Shown piece after piece: positions 1 to 11,600 of a stretch of DNA of 64,000 nucleotides (its first letter is position 1; each line of letters opens with the position of its first letter). Origin of the DNA: Eledone cirrhosa (Eukaryota); the NCBI GenBank assembly GCA_964016885.1, contig OZ024746.1, positions 48,174,001 through 48,238,000 on the forward strand, read 5' to 3'. The translations under genes were made by a program, and so were the position numbers. Under the pieces are notes generated by a model. The model did not search any database. It had not been told where the DNA came from and saw nothing but the letters and a program-made list of their open reading frames with translations.

Positions 1-801
1 TTATCATCATCATTATCATCATCATTTGACAAGGGTTGGACTATTACAGTTTATTGTTTTTCCTAATTTATTTAGACAACCTCATCAGAAAAAACTCCCA
101 AAATCTGCTCAAAGTTGAACCAAACATTTTTTTCTTGCATAGAAGAAAGATTTCATGTTAAACATTAATTAATCTAAATTGATGAAGACCTAAAAGGATA
201 CCAGGTAATGAATGACAAACCCAACATCAGTTAAAAGGCCTAATATTCTATTATTTGAAATGTCTCTCATCTAAGAAATTCAGAGTTCAGGCATGGTGGT
301 GGGAGGCTATGAGAAGTTTACTATATGAGACAGTGGGTTTCAATGTGCCAGGCAGTGGAATACTATGCCTAAACTATATGCACACATACATATATATATA
401 AATACACACACGCATGTATGTATGCAGGCACATGCACAAATATGTACCTATACACATGTTTGCACACATACACATGTATGTGTGCACACATACACACATG
501 ATTTGTGAAACAACATTTAACAATCTGACATCACCAACTATTAAATCATAAAGTGAAAGAAAAGTAAACAAAAATCTTTCTCAAGAAATGTTTTGATAAC
601 AAGTTTGAATAGAAATTAACATTAAGAAAAATGAAAGTATTAGGAAAAATGCACAACAAACATCTTTGTCACCATATTTTATGAGCTACACCAAATATGC
701 TTGTGTTTTAATTTATTTTAAGAAAAAGCAAAAATCAACTTAAATTGTTTAGAATGTAAACTGACTGAAACAAACATGAAAGATCAAATTTGTTCCTTTA
801 A

Positions 802-1007
802 CCCTTTAGCATTTACATTACTCTATATTTACTATTGTATTTTTGTAGTAAAAGCTTTATTTTACATAATTATTTCACATAATATCGAATCTACAAGATT
901 TTGATAACAATACTTGAACATCAGTATGAGCAGTTGGTTATGACCAGTTTAAACAGAAAGAGGTGAGAGAATTCTGGCCGGATACGGTTGGTTTAAATGC
1001 TAAAGGG
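802..1007 (+). mobile_element. piggyBac-type MITE, family A (complete copy)
   Basis: 14-bp TIRs CCCTTTAGCATTTA / TAAATGCTAAAGGG flanked by TTAA at 798-801 and 1008-1011; no ORF; ~12 homologous copies in the window. Confidence 0.9.
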
Positions 1008-1789
1008 TTAAATACGAGTACATTAAAATGAGATATCTTGTATCATAGAACCAGAAGCAGACTTATGTGAGTTAATATTGAAAGGATTAAATTGGCAACT
1101 GATGCATGCTACATTCATGTGTAGATAACCACCACCACACCCCCATCCCTAAGACAAATCCCAAAAGTGAAATGAAGTTATTCCCCTTATCTACAAGCTA
1201 TTAACCCCCCCCCCCCCCCTCAACACATGCATTCAACTTATCTGATCACAATGTTTACATGCTATGTTATTAGATTTACTGGTAATGGATTATGTTAGGA
1301 ACTTTATACTTTATTATTTCCAAATATCTTTCAAAGAATTATAGAGGGAGGGGACTATAACCACTGCTTTAATGATGTAACATTTTGGACAATGCCAACA
1401 TTTCAGGATTAAAAATGAGAACTGTTTGATTGATAATATTTAATACCAGTCTACAATGCTTGATAGAACCACCAGTGATCACAAGATTTTCCCTGATATG
1501 AAGTGAATAAAATATAAAATAAGATTCTAATTTGAGGCCAACTAACTTACCTAATGTAGCAGGTGAAGTGACTAAGAGAGAGTATTATGCAGATATATTC
1601 AGACAAGTGTCCTTATCTTTGTTATAGTCACAACATTTCAGGTACTATATCCTACCACCTACTTTAAAAGTTTGTCAAGCTGGTAATATTCTAAGTTCAA
1701 ACTGAAAATTTTAATCCCCATGAAATGTTTGTTTCTGTTCCATTGTTTAAGTGTTCTGCTGGAGTTTACATGATAAACATGGGCCAGTT

Positions 1790-1795
<6 letters not shown>

Positions 1796-1840
<45 letters not shown>

Positions 1841-2060
1841 ATGGTGCATGCGTTTATTTTTATTGGCAATACTGGCAACATGACCATCCCCAAATATAAC
1901 ATAGTAAAGTGGACATTAAAATGACAATGGTTGGTGTGTGTGTGTGTGTGTGTGTATGTGTGTATGTGTGTATGTGTGTATGTGTGTATGTGGTGGGTGG
2001 GCGTGTGTGTGGGTGTGGGTGTGGGTGTGTGTGTGTTGTGTGTGTGCGTGCGCGCGTGCG
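1796..2060. repeat. (GT)n microsatellites (1796-1838, 1934-2060)
   Basis: Direct inspection. Confidence 0.9.
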
Positions 2061-2158
2061 TATAAAACCACCAAGGTGAATAAAAGGCTTGGAATCTTTT
2101 CCTAGAACAAATTTGATAAGAGAGTATTGTGAGTTTTTAACTCAGCATGTTAATTTTC

Positions 2159-2189
<31 letters not shown>

Positions 2190-2190
2190 T

Positions 2191-2297
2191 GTAGTTAAAA
2201 GGTAAACAGAAATAACAACACACTCGGTACAGTATATGGAAGGTATATATTAGGTTAACGCTTGATATAACAGGAAGAGGGTTTTAACGTTTCGGAC
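2191..2297 (-). mobile_element. 5'-truncated retroelement end carrying the 3' half of a hammerhead motif
   Basis: Short unique segment between TA-rich tracts; minus strand begins tccGAAAcgtTAaaac. Confidence 0.4.
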
Positions 2298-2731
2298 ATA
2301 CATATACATATAAATATATATGAATAAAAAATGGCGAGCTGTGTTGTTTCAATTAAGTATAATAAATGAAGAATTAGAAATAGAAGTTAGCAATATCCGT
2401 CATCAGTTGTCTACTAGCCATCATAGGTATTTCTTCACATTACAGACAATATACGTCCATCTAGGGTGATACAATAACTAAAGTAAGTTATTGGGATAAA
2501 AAGAGTTGGGTGGAGAAAGAGAGACATGTAAACAAACACGAATGGTGAGGCAACGTAAAGAGAGGAAAAAATGAAAAAAATCAAGTCTATAATTCATTTC
2601 GAACATAAGCATGGGCGAATTTTGACGAGAAGGTAAAGACACATCTTAGACGTGTGGATGTGAGCGAGGAAAAGGATCTTGTACTGTGTGAGACAATGGA
2701 GGAAGTGAGAGAGAGGGTGAGTAGCAGAATG

Positions 2732-2735
<4 letters not shown>

Positions 2736-2790
<55 letters not shown>
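2736..2790. repeat. (TA)n microsatellite
   Basis: Direct inspection. Confidence 0.95.
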
Positions 2791-2792
<2 letters not shown>

Positions 2793-2793
<1 letters not shown>

Positions 2794-3078
2794 CATCATC
2801 ATCATCATCACCGTTTTACGTCCGTTCTTCCATGCTAGCATGGGTTAGACGTGTTGTCCTGTTGTGGGCAGTGTCTGGTCGGCTGACCATGCATTGCTCA
2901 TACAGGAACTGATTTGGCTTGATTTCTACAGCTGGATGCCCTTCCTAACACCAACCTCATTTACAGTGAGTGGTGGGTGCTTTTTCGTGGCGCCTACACG
3001 TCCACTTTACAGTGTGGGCTGGGTGCTTTTTTGCCGTGGCACCTCCACGACCACCTTGCGGTGGGGGAGGGGGCATAT
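2793..3078 (-). mobile_element. Short 5'-truncated RTE LINE copy (3' UTR with (GAT)n tail)
   Basis: Highly similar to 5617-5900, the 3' end of the RT-bearing RTE fragment; starts with (CAT)n on plus. Confidence 0.8.
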
Positions 3079-3084
3079 TATATA

Positions 3085-3538
3085 TGTACACACATACATA
3101 TACATACATACATATATATACATACACACATACATATATATATAAATATATACACACATACATATATATATAAATATATACACACATACATATATATATA
3201 TAAATATATACACACATACATATATATATATATATAAATATATACACACATATATATATATATAAATATATACACACATACATATATATATATAAATATA
3301 TACACACATACATATATATATATAAATATATATACACCTATACATATATATATAAATATATATACACCTATACATACATATATATATAAATATATATACA
3401 CCTATACATACATATATATATAAATATATATACACCTATACATACATATATATATAAATATATATACACCTATACATACATATATATATATAAATATATA
3501 TACACCTATACATACATATATATATAAATATATATACA
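3085..3538. repeat. AT-rich minisatellite, ~32-36 bp unit (CACCTATACATACATATATATATAAATATATATA)
   Basis: Tandem units visible; array continues at 4184-4600. Confidence 0.9.
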
Positions 3539-4183
3539 AATGCGAGAGGGCGCTATAGAAGTGGTGGATAGCTTCCGGTACCTGGGAGATCAGATTAGCA
3601 TGGGAGGAGGGTGTTCCGAGGCCATAGTATCTAGAATAAGGACGGGTTGGAAGAAGTTTAGGGAGCTGCTTCCTCTGTTGACGAAGAAGGGTTTCTCCCT
3701 GCGTACGAAAGGCCGGTTGTATGATGCCTGTGTGAGGAGCGCGATACTGCATGGTAGTGAGACATGGGCAGCAACCGCAGAGGATATGTGACGGCTGGAG
3801 AGAAATGAGGCAAGCATGCTCCGTTGGATGTGCAGTGTAAATGTGCGTGAACGACCCAGCATAAATGTGTTGAGAGAGAAACTGTGTCTGAGAGGGATAG
3901 AATGTAGTGTACGGGAGAGGAGACTGAGGTGGTATGGACATGTGATGCGCATGGAGGATGACCGATGGGTGAAGAAGTGCCAGGAAATGCCAGTTGAAGG
4001 AAGACGTGGTAGAGGTAGACCACGAAAAACATGGGCGGAGGTGGTGAGAACAGACCTCAGATCATTGAAGCTCACGGTGGAGATGACGAGGGACCGTGAC
4101 GAGTGGAGAGATACTGTGCTGAATAAGACCCATCCCACCCTTGCAAGCAGGGAAAAGCGGACGTAAAATGATGATGATGATGA
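3539..4183 (+). mobile_element. RTE-clade LINE 3' fragment (RT C-terminus/thumb) with (GAT)n tail
   Basis: ORFs 3540-3791 and 3816-4166 in the same frame, split by one TGA; motifs VDSFRYLG, LHGSETW, RLRWYGHVMR, GRGRPRKTW; ends cgtaaaatgatgatgat. Confidence 0.92.
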
Positions 4184-4600
4184 TACACCTATACATACAT
4201 ATATATATATAAATATATATACACCTATACATACATATATATATATAAATATATATACACCTATACATACATATATATATATAAATATATATACACCTAT
4301 ACATACATATATATATATAAATATATATACACCTATACATACATATATATATATAAATATATATACACCTATACATACATATATATATAAATATATATAC
4401 ACCTATGCATACATATATATATAAATATATATACACCTATGCATACATATATATATAAATATATATACACCTATACATACATATATATATAAATATATAT
4501 ACACCTATACATACATATATATATAAATATATATACACCTATACATATATATATACACACATACATATATATATAAATATATATATATATAAATAAATAT
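4184..4600. repeat. Continuation of the ~36-bp AT-rich minisatellite
   Basis: Same unit as 3085-3538. Confidence 0.9.
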
Positions 4601-4634
4601 ACACGGGTGTGTATGATTGTGTATAGAAGATTTT

Positions 4635-4916
4635 ATTAATAAAAGGAATTCCAACTTTGTCTGATTTACTCATTTCATTTACAATCCTTTAAAATTTATA
4701 ATGGTATTAGAATGAAATAGTATGGTAGAATATTAAATGTTAAGTGTTAATTGAACAAGTACTTTCATGCTTTCGCAATCTTCAGGTTCACATTCTGTGG
4801 TGACAGTCAAGTTTGCAATTTTCAACTGTCAATTTTGAACAGTTGAAAATTGCAAACTTGAAGGATTGTAAATGAAACAAGTAAATCAGACAAAGTTGGA
4901 ATTCCTTTTATTAATA
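4635..4916. mobile_element. Snap-back (foldback) element with nested inverted repeats
   Basis: 4635-4689 is the inverted complement of 4861-4916; 4807-4829 is the perfect inverted complement of 4839-4861; flanked by TA-rich satellites. Confidence 0.75.
4749..4794 (-). ncRNA. Minimal type I hammerhead ribozyme motif
   Basis: Minus: aatgtgaac-CTGAAGA-ttgc gaaa gcat-GAAA-gtac-TT-gttcaatt; stem I tgaac/gttca, stem II tgc/gca with GAAA tetraloop, palindromic stem III. Confidence 0.75.
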
Positions 4917-5019
4917 TATAAATATATATACACATATACATACATATATATATATAAATATATATAGACAAATACATATACATACATACATATATATAAA
5001 TATATATAGACAAATACAT

Positions 5020-5060
<41 letters not shown>

Positions 5061-5067
<7 letters not shown>

Positions 5068-5317
5068 ATAAATGGAAAACTATATTTATAAAACCATATT
5101 TATTTCATTATATATATTTCGGGGATATCATATTAACAATATGCTATGCCTTCATCAGACAAAATACAATATAAACAGTTTTATAGATAAACATATTCGA
5201 CATACCGTAATAAACATCAACTTCATTTGGAGAGGTTATATTATTTGTCGAGTGCTTTTATATCAGTTATAAATATTTACTAGTTGTAACAACAATTTTA
5301 AATATAACTTTACATGT
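5061..5317 (-). mobile_element. Short non-autonomous hammerhead-bearing element (retrozyme/Penelope-pLTR-like) in (TA)n
   Basis: Both ends homologous to 15141-15531; (TA)n on both sides; no meaningful ORF. Confidence 0.7.
5095..5173 (-). ncRNA. Type I hammerhead ribozyme motif
   Basis: Minus: tatattgtattttgt-CTGATGA-aggcatagcatattgttaatatgatatcccc-GAAA-tatata-TA-atgaaataaatatg; ~14-bp stem I, hairpin stem II, palindromic stem III. Confidence 0.85.
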
Positions 5318-5616
5318 ATATATATATATAAATATTTATAGACAAATACATATACATACATATATATAAATATATATAGACAAATACATATACATACATA
5401 CATTTATATATATCATGATCATCAGCATCATCGTTTAACGTCCATCTTCCACGCTTGCATGGGTTTGGACGGGAGTTTTCCCACTTGAGGCAAGATTGGT
5501 TGTCTTGCTCGTATAGAACTGTCTGGCGGGTTTTCTACGGCTGGATGCCCTTCCTAACACCAACCACGTTTAGATATTACTATATAAATATATATAGACA
5601 AATACATATACATACC

Positions 5617-7091
5617 ATCATCATCACTGTTTTACGTCCGTTCTTCCATGCTAGCATGGGTTAGACGGGTTGTCCTGTTGTGGGCAGTGTCTGGTCGGCT
5701 GACCATGCCTTGCTCATACAGGAACTGATTTTGGCTTAATTTCTACAGCTGGATGCCCTTCCTAACACAAACCTCATTTACAGTGAGTGCTGGGTGCATT
5801 TTTCCGTGGCGCCTACACGTCCACTTTACAGTGTGGGCTGGGTGCTTTTTTGCTGTGGCACCTCCACGACCACTTTGCAGTGGAAGTGTGTGGGGGCATA
5901 TTGTCTATATGCTTCAGCTTGTACCCATGGGAGGTCGGGTACTCTGTATTACTGTGTGACGCCAGAGGTCACGGTCGTGTGTCTCGCCTTTGAGACGTGT
6001 AATTGGGTAAGGTCGGCTTTTATCACCTCATCCTGGGTCTTCTTGGGTCTCCCCACTCCGCGGTTTTCATTGACTTCTAGTGCTCTGCACCTTTTTATGC
6101 AGCTGTCATCCTTCATACGCATCACATGTCCATACCAATGCAACCGCCTCTCCTGCACACAGCATTTGATTCCTCTTATGCTCAGTCTCTCTCTCAATTC
6201 ATTTATACTTTGTCGTTCGCGTATATTACTATTACACATCCATCGGAGTATGCAGGCTTCGTTTCTTTCTAATCTATGTAAGTCTTCCACCTTCAGTGCC
6301 CAGGTCTCACTACCATGTAACATTGCTGTTCGGATACACGCATCATACAGTCTGCCTTTCTTACCCTAGTTATTGTACTTTCTGAACACCCACCTCCGCT
6401 GCTAATTCGGTCACCTAGGTAGCAGAAGCTGTCTACTGTTTCTACAGAGCCCTCCCAGAGATTGGTGGTACTTGTTTCAGTGGCTGTTTGCTACTTGCTG
6501 TCCCAGAACAGCTGCTGCATGTGAAGCCTACATTCTTAATTAAGCTTCCTGAGATCCCGCTACATCTCTTGTGTACCCATTGTTTGCATTTGGGGCAGAG
6601 AATGGAGTTCCTACCTACACCTTTCCTACATACTGAGCAAGGCCATTTCTCCGGGGGGATCTGAGTTCGGTTTTCTCATCTACTTACAAGGACCTTAGTC
6701 TTTGTCATGTTGACTTTGAGACCCTTTCTTTCTAGTCCCTGCTTCCAAGTTTGGAATTTCTTCTCTAGTTCTACCATAGATTCAGCTATAAGTGCGAGGT
6801 CATCAGCATACAGGAGTTCCCATGGGCATCCGGTCTTAAACTCATCCGTTATTGCCTGCAGGACTATGATGAACAGGAGAGGGCTAAGAGTAGAGCCCTG
6901 GTGGACACCAACCTGTACGCTAAATTCCTCGCTATACACATTGCTAATCCTAACTTTGCTGACTGCTCCCCTATACATGGCTTGTACAGCTTTCACAAGC
7001 CATTCATCTACTCCTAGATTTCTAAGAGCCCACCAGATTACAGCACGTGGAACTCTGTCAATGGCTTTCTTGAGATCGACGAATGCCAGGT
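5617..7091 (-). mobile_element. 5'-truncated RTE-clade LINE (RT domains 3-7, PHD finger, C-terminus, 3' UTR); pseudogenised
   Basis: [34 protein letters not shown] (6676-7091); LHGSETW, RLHWYGHVMR (5949-6323); in-frame stop at 6676-6678; (CAT)n at 5617. Confidence 0.93.
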
Positions 7092-7117
7092 ATATATATA
7101 AATATATATAGACAAAT

Positions 7118-7158
<41 letters not shown>

Positions 7159-7750
7159 TATATAGACAAATACATATACATACATATATAAATATATATA
7201 GACAAATACATATACATACATACATATATATATAAATATATATATAGACAAATAGATATACATACATATATAAATATATATAGACAAATACATATACATA
7301 CATATATAAATATATATAGACAAATGCATATACATACATATATAAATATATATAGACAAATACATATACATACATATATATATTATATAAATATATATAC
7401 ACAAATACATATACACACACACACACACACATATATATACACACACACACATTCATACACATATATATATATATAAATATATATACACACATATATATAA
7501 ATATATATACACACACACACACATACATACACACACATTATATATACACACACACACATACATACACACATATAAATATATATACACATATATATATATA
7601 CATATACACACACACATAGCTACACACATATATATATATAAATATATACACACACACATATATATATATATATGATGATGATATATATATATATACACAC
7701 ATATATATATATATATGATGATGATATATATATATTCGCATATACATATA
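7092..7750. repeat. TA/CA-rich compound micro/minisatellite (GACAAATACATATACATACATATATAAATATATATA units)
   Basis: Direct inspection; related units at 4915-5060 and 5320-5410. Confidence 0.9.
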
Positions 7751-7829
7751 TATGTATAAGTACATAACCCTCTTGATAACATGTAAATGTCACATATTTA
7801 TTCATAAATAAAATATAGTTTCCTATCAT

Positions 7830-8362
7830 CGCCGAGATTGACTTTGCCTTTCATCCTTACGGGGTCGATAAAATAAAGTACCAGTAACGCACTGGGTATT
7901 TGCTGGCCTTGTGCCTAAAGTAGAAACAATTATTATTATTATGAGGGCGGTGAATTGGGAGTATCGGTAGAGAGTCGGACGCCATGCTTTCCAGCATAGA
8001 TACATCTCTTTACGGTCTGAGTTCAAATCCCGCCGAGGTTAACTTTGCCTTTCATCCTTACGGGGTCGATAAAATAAAATACCAGTAATGTACTGGGTAA
8101 TTGCTGGCCTTGTGCCAAAAGTAGAAACAATTATTATTATTATTATGGCAGTGGAGTAACAGTATTGGTAGAACATTGGACAACATGCTCCGTGGTATAG
8201 AGTCATTGCCCTTTACATTCTGAGTTTAAATCACACAGAGGTTAGCTTTGCCTTTCATCTCTATGTGGTCAATAAAATAAAGTACATGTAACACACTGGG
8301 GTTGATCTAATCGACTTTTCCATCCCCCAAAATTGTTGGCCTTGTGCCTTAATCAGAAACCA
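7830..8362 (+). mobile_element. Three head-to-tail copies of a tRNA-derived SINE (family S1)
   Basis: A-box-like GGCGGTGAATTGG, B-box GAGTTCAAATCCC, core GCCTTTCATCCTTACGGGGTCGATAAAATAAAGTACCAG, (ATT)n tail. Confidence 0.85.
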
Positions 8363-10364
8363 CTAAGTGTGTAAATAATGATAAATCCACACCTAAGGGA
8401 ATTCAAACTGCAAATTGATTATTTGAGTGAAAATATACAGTTCTTCTGTTTCATTGTATCACTGGAGCAGTACAATTAATTCTGATACCTAAATATCATA
8501 AAACATAGCCGATATCCTGGCATCAATCCTATCCAGGCTTTCAAGAGATTTATCTTTTTTTCTCTCACCCACATAATGCCATGAAACCAGAGCTCGGCAG
8601 CAGGATGCGTGAACACTTAAGCAAATTCTAAAAAAAAATATGTAATAAATGCACTTGCAATGAAATATAATTTTCAAAACCATTCAGGATACAAACACAT
8701 CTGCTGGCAACTAACTAATCCCTCTTGAATGTGTGGTGCAGCAGAGCCATGGAGATGATATCAGACAAACATTATATTCATATTAAAATATCTATTAAGA
8801 GATATTTCAACAGAGGTTTCATAGAGCTAATAAAGTCATTACATTACAGTATCGTAAACACCATCATCAGATACTACTACTAGGATAGTGAACATCAATA
8901 TATTAAAAGCCAAAACTATCAAGCTGACAGAAGCAATAAAAAACATTTGGAATAATGGGATATTTTCCTTCCTTTTCATTTTGTTTTGTTTTTCGTTTTC
9001 TTTTATAGCACTGGGAGAACTGAAGGTCTTGAAAAAAACAATGAATTAATCAATGAATGAAAAATATATAATGCTATGTGTGTATGTATGTGTGCGTGCG
9101 TGCATGCATGCATGCGTGCGTGCGTGTGCGATTACATACACACTTAAATACAAACAAGTTCAAGGAATTATAGAAAAAATAAAACTAATATAAACCAAGT
9201 GAATACAGATAAAATACAGAACACACACATCAAGAATAACAACATTTATAGCCTATAATGTCATACTAAATACACCAACAAAAAACAAACTATAGGGCTA
9301 AATGAAAGCTTCAAAGTTTTGAAGATGAGGATAAGGAGAGTGGTAGAGCACCCACAACCCCAAATGAAAAGTAATGAATAAAATGAATTTAAAATGACTG
9401 GTAGGGAAGATCATCAGCATCATTCTATGTTCACTTTCCATGCTGGCAAGCATTGGACAGGATGGGTATTGCCTAAATTAGTTCTTAATCATCCTAGTTG
9501 GCTTACTCAGTAAATTAGATACACAAAAGTTAACAATTATTCAATGTTTGAACTGAAAAGACTTGGGATAATATAGCTATGAGAGAAGAAAAGGAGGCAG
9601 AGAGTAGATGACTGATTAGAGCAACATATGATTAGAGAAGATTTGAAAAGAGATGAGTTATTTGAAATATAACTCTTGAAATAAAGGGAAGGGCTCGTTG
9701 GATACTACAGTCCTAGATTCATAATGCTTAAGATATGGATGGTGTGATCATTGCTGAGACACCTTTAGCTGAAGGTCTACTCAGTTAGGGTTGAGCTAAG
9801 ACTAAACAATAGAATGCAATTATTTAACATAGAAAACTAACAACAATAACATTGCTTAATTATGGAAAATTAATAGCAATATAGGAAATCAGAATTTATG
9901 ATTTTTGTTAATTGCTTATTAAATATGGAAGCAAAAATGGCTATGTGGTAAAGATGTTCACTTCACAGCAATGTAGCAATCAGGTTATTCTCACTATGCA
10001 GCACTTTGAAACAACTCTTTTCCACCACAGTTTCAAGTTAACCAATGCCTTGCGAATAAAATATATTTGATGGGAACTGCAGAAGCTTGTTATATCTGTA
10101 TATGTATGCATATAATTATGAATGGGTGTGTAAGAGAGAGAAAGAGTATGCATGCGTGTGTGTACAGGTGTAAATTTCTTGTGTTATGTACAGCCAATGT
10201 AGGTGAACTCAGCTATTTGATAATTAGAGATTGATAATATATACCAGGCTAACAACGGGCTAATCAACTAAAACCCTTAAAAGCTGAGCCCCATCATGGC
10301 TATGGTCGAATGAGTTATAGTATAAATTCAAACTAGAAATATCTACATAATATGAAATTCTCTC

Positions 10365-10537
10365 CTATGTCAATATATAGATGACATGAAATAACCCATC
10401 TCTATGTCAACATTGACATAAAACCACAATATCAATACGAGATAAACTACCTCCCATGTCAATACCTAGATGAGATAAAACTATCCCCCCCCCCTCCACA
10501 TGTCAATACCTAGATGAGATAAAACTACTTCCCATGT
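10365..10537. repeat. Imperfect ~34-bp tandem repeat (ATGTCAATACCTAGATGAGATAAAACTAC...)
   Basis: About 5 degenerate units. Confidence 0.7.
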
Positions 10538-10745
10538 AGCCGAAAGGCACAGTTCATCAAATCTTAAGAAAAGAAAGGGGCACACTGAATAATATAGTCA
10601 TAAATAAACTATATTCTAAAAACAATAGGATTGTCATGGTTAGAATGTCTTGACAGTAGCTCGGGCTTATTAGGGCTGACCTGGGGTTAAACAACAGCAA
10701 GAATTGATAGATGCCAGTGAATGTAATCATTATTTCTATGAGAAC

Positions 10746-11170
10746 AGGGCAGTGGATTGGCAGAGGGTCGGATGCCATGCTTTGGCGCATAGAGTTACAG
10801 CCCTTTACGATCTGAGTTCAAATCCCGCCGAGGTTAACTTTGTCTTTCATCCTTACAGGGTCGATAAAATAAAGTACCAGTAATGCACTGGGTAATTGCT
10901 GGCCTTGTGCCAAAAGTAGAAACATTTATTTCTACGAGAACAAAGGTGGTGGATTGGCAGTATTAGTAGAGCATTGGATAACATCTTTGGAGGATATAAT
11001 TACAGCCCCTTACACTCCGAGTTCAAATCCTGTTGAGGTTAGCTTTACCTTTCATCCTTACAGGGGGGGTCGATAAAATAAACTACTAATAATGCACTGG
11101 GGTTGATTTAATTGACTTTCCTTTTCTCTTCAAATTGCTGGTCTTGTGCCAAAAGTAGAAACAATTATTT
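10746..11170 (+). mobile_element. Two tandem SINE S1 copies
   Basis: B-box and core motif twice; TTATTTCTA(T/C)GAGAAC-like sequence before, between and after the copies. Confidence 0.85.
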
Positions 11171-11600
11171 TGATGAGAACTGGGAACATCAAGAGAACAC
11201 GTGTTTAGGGTAACTAACAACACTGGAACTGGTACTTAAGAGAACTGACAACAATAAGGGAACAGGTATTTATGAGAGATGAGAACAACATCAGATCAGG
11301 TGTTTGACAGAGATGAGAACAAGCGTTTAGGAGAACTGAGAACATGTAGGAGAACTAAAAAAAAAACAAGATTAAATGTTTAAGATTGATGAGAACAGAT
11401 GTTTAGGAGAACTAAGAAATTGAATGCCACTGTTTAGGATAACTAAGAATAACATAAGATCAGATGTTTAGGAGGGATGAGAATATAAGAACAGATGTTG
11501 ACAGACGTGTTTGGGTGAATTGAGAACACAAGTACATATGTTTAGGAGGATGGAGAACAACATGAACATAGAGTATCTAAAACTGAACAGATGTTTAAGA
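11171..11600. repeat. Degenerate minisatellite (GAGAACAGATGTTTAGGAGAACT-like units)
   Basis: Recurrent TGTTTAGGAG and GAGAACA motifs. Confidence 0.7.

Noticed and set aside
50-95. CTGATGA...GAAA on the minus strand
   Set aside because: No credible stem III or stem I; likely chance
2335-2415. CTGATGA (2406-2400, minus) with a downstream GAAA
   Set aside because: Stem II and stem I partners not found; at best a deleted remnant
3402-7111. Antisense ORFs 3402-3941, 3590-4402, 5794-6369, 6707-7111
   Set aside because: Shadows of the RTE coding strands
374-7829. Many ORFs rich in Y/I/C/V/H/T
   Set aside because: Translations of (TA)n/(CA)n satellites; same for 23585-23931 and 40473-40907
7945-8035. 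tRNA-like A/B boxes
   Set aside because: SINE heads with no cloverleaf; not tRNA genes
11171-11600. Possible CRISPR-like spaced repeats (also 10365-10537, 53166-53366)
   Set aside because: Degenerate or contiguous tandem units without unique constant-length spacers; eukaryotic context; no cas genes
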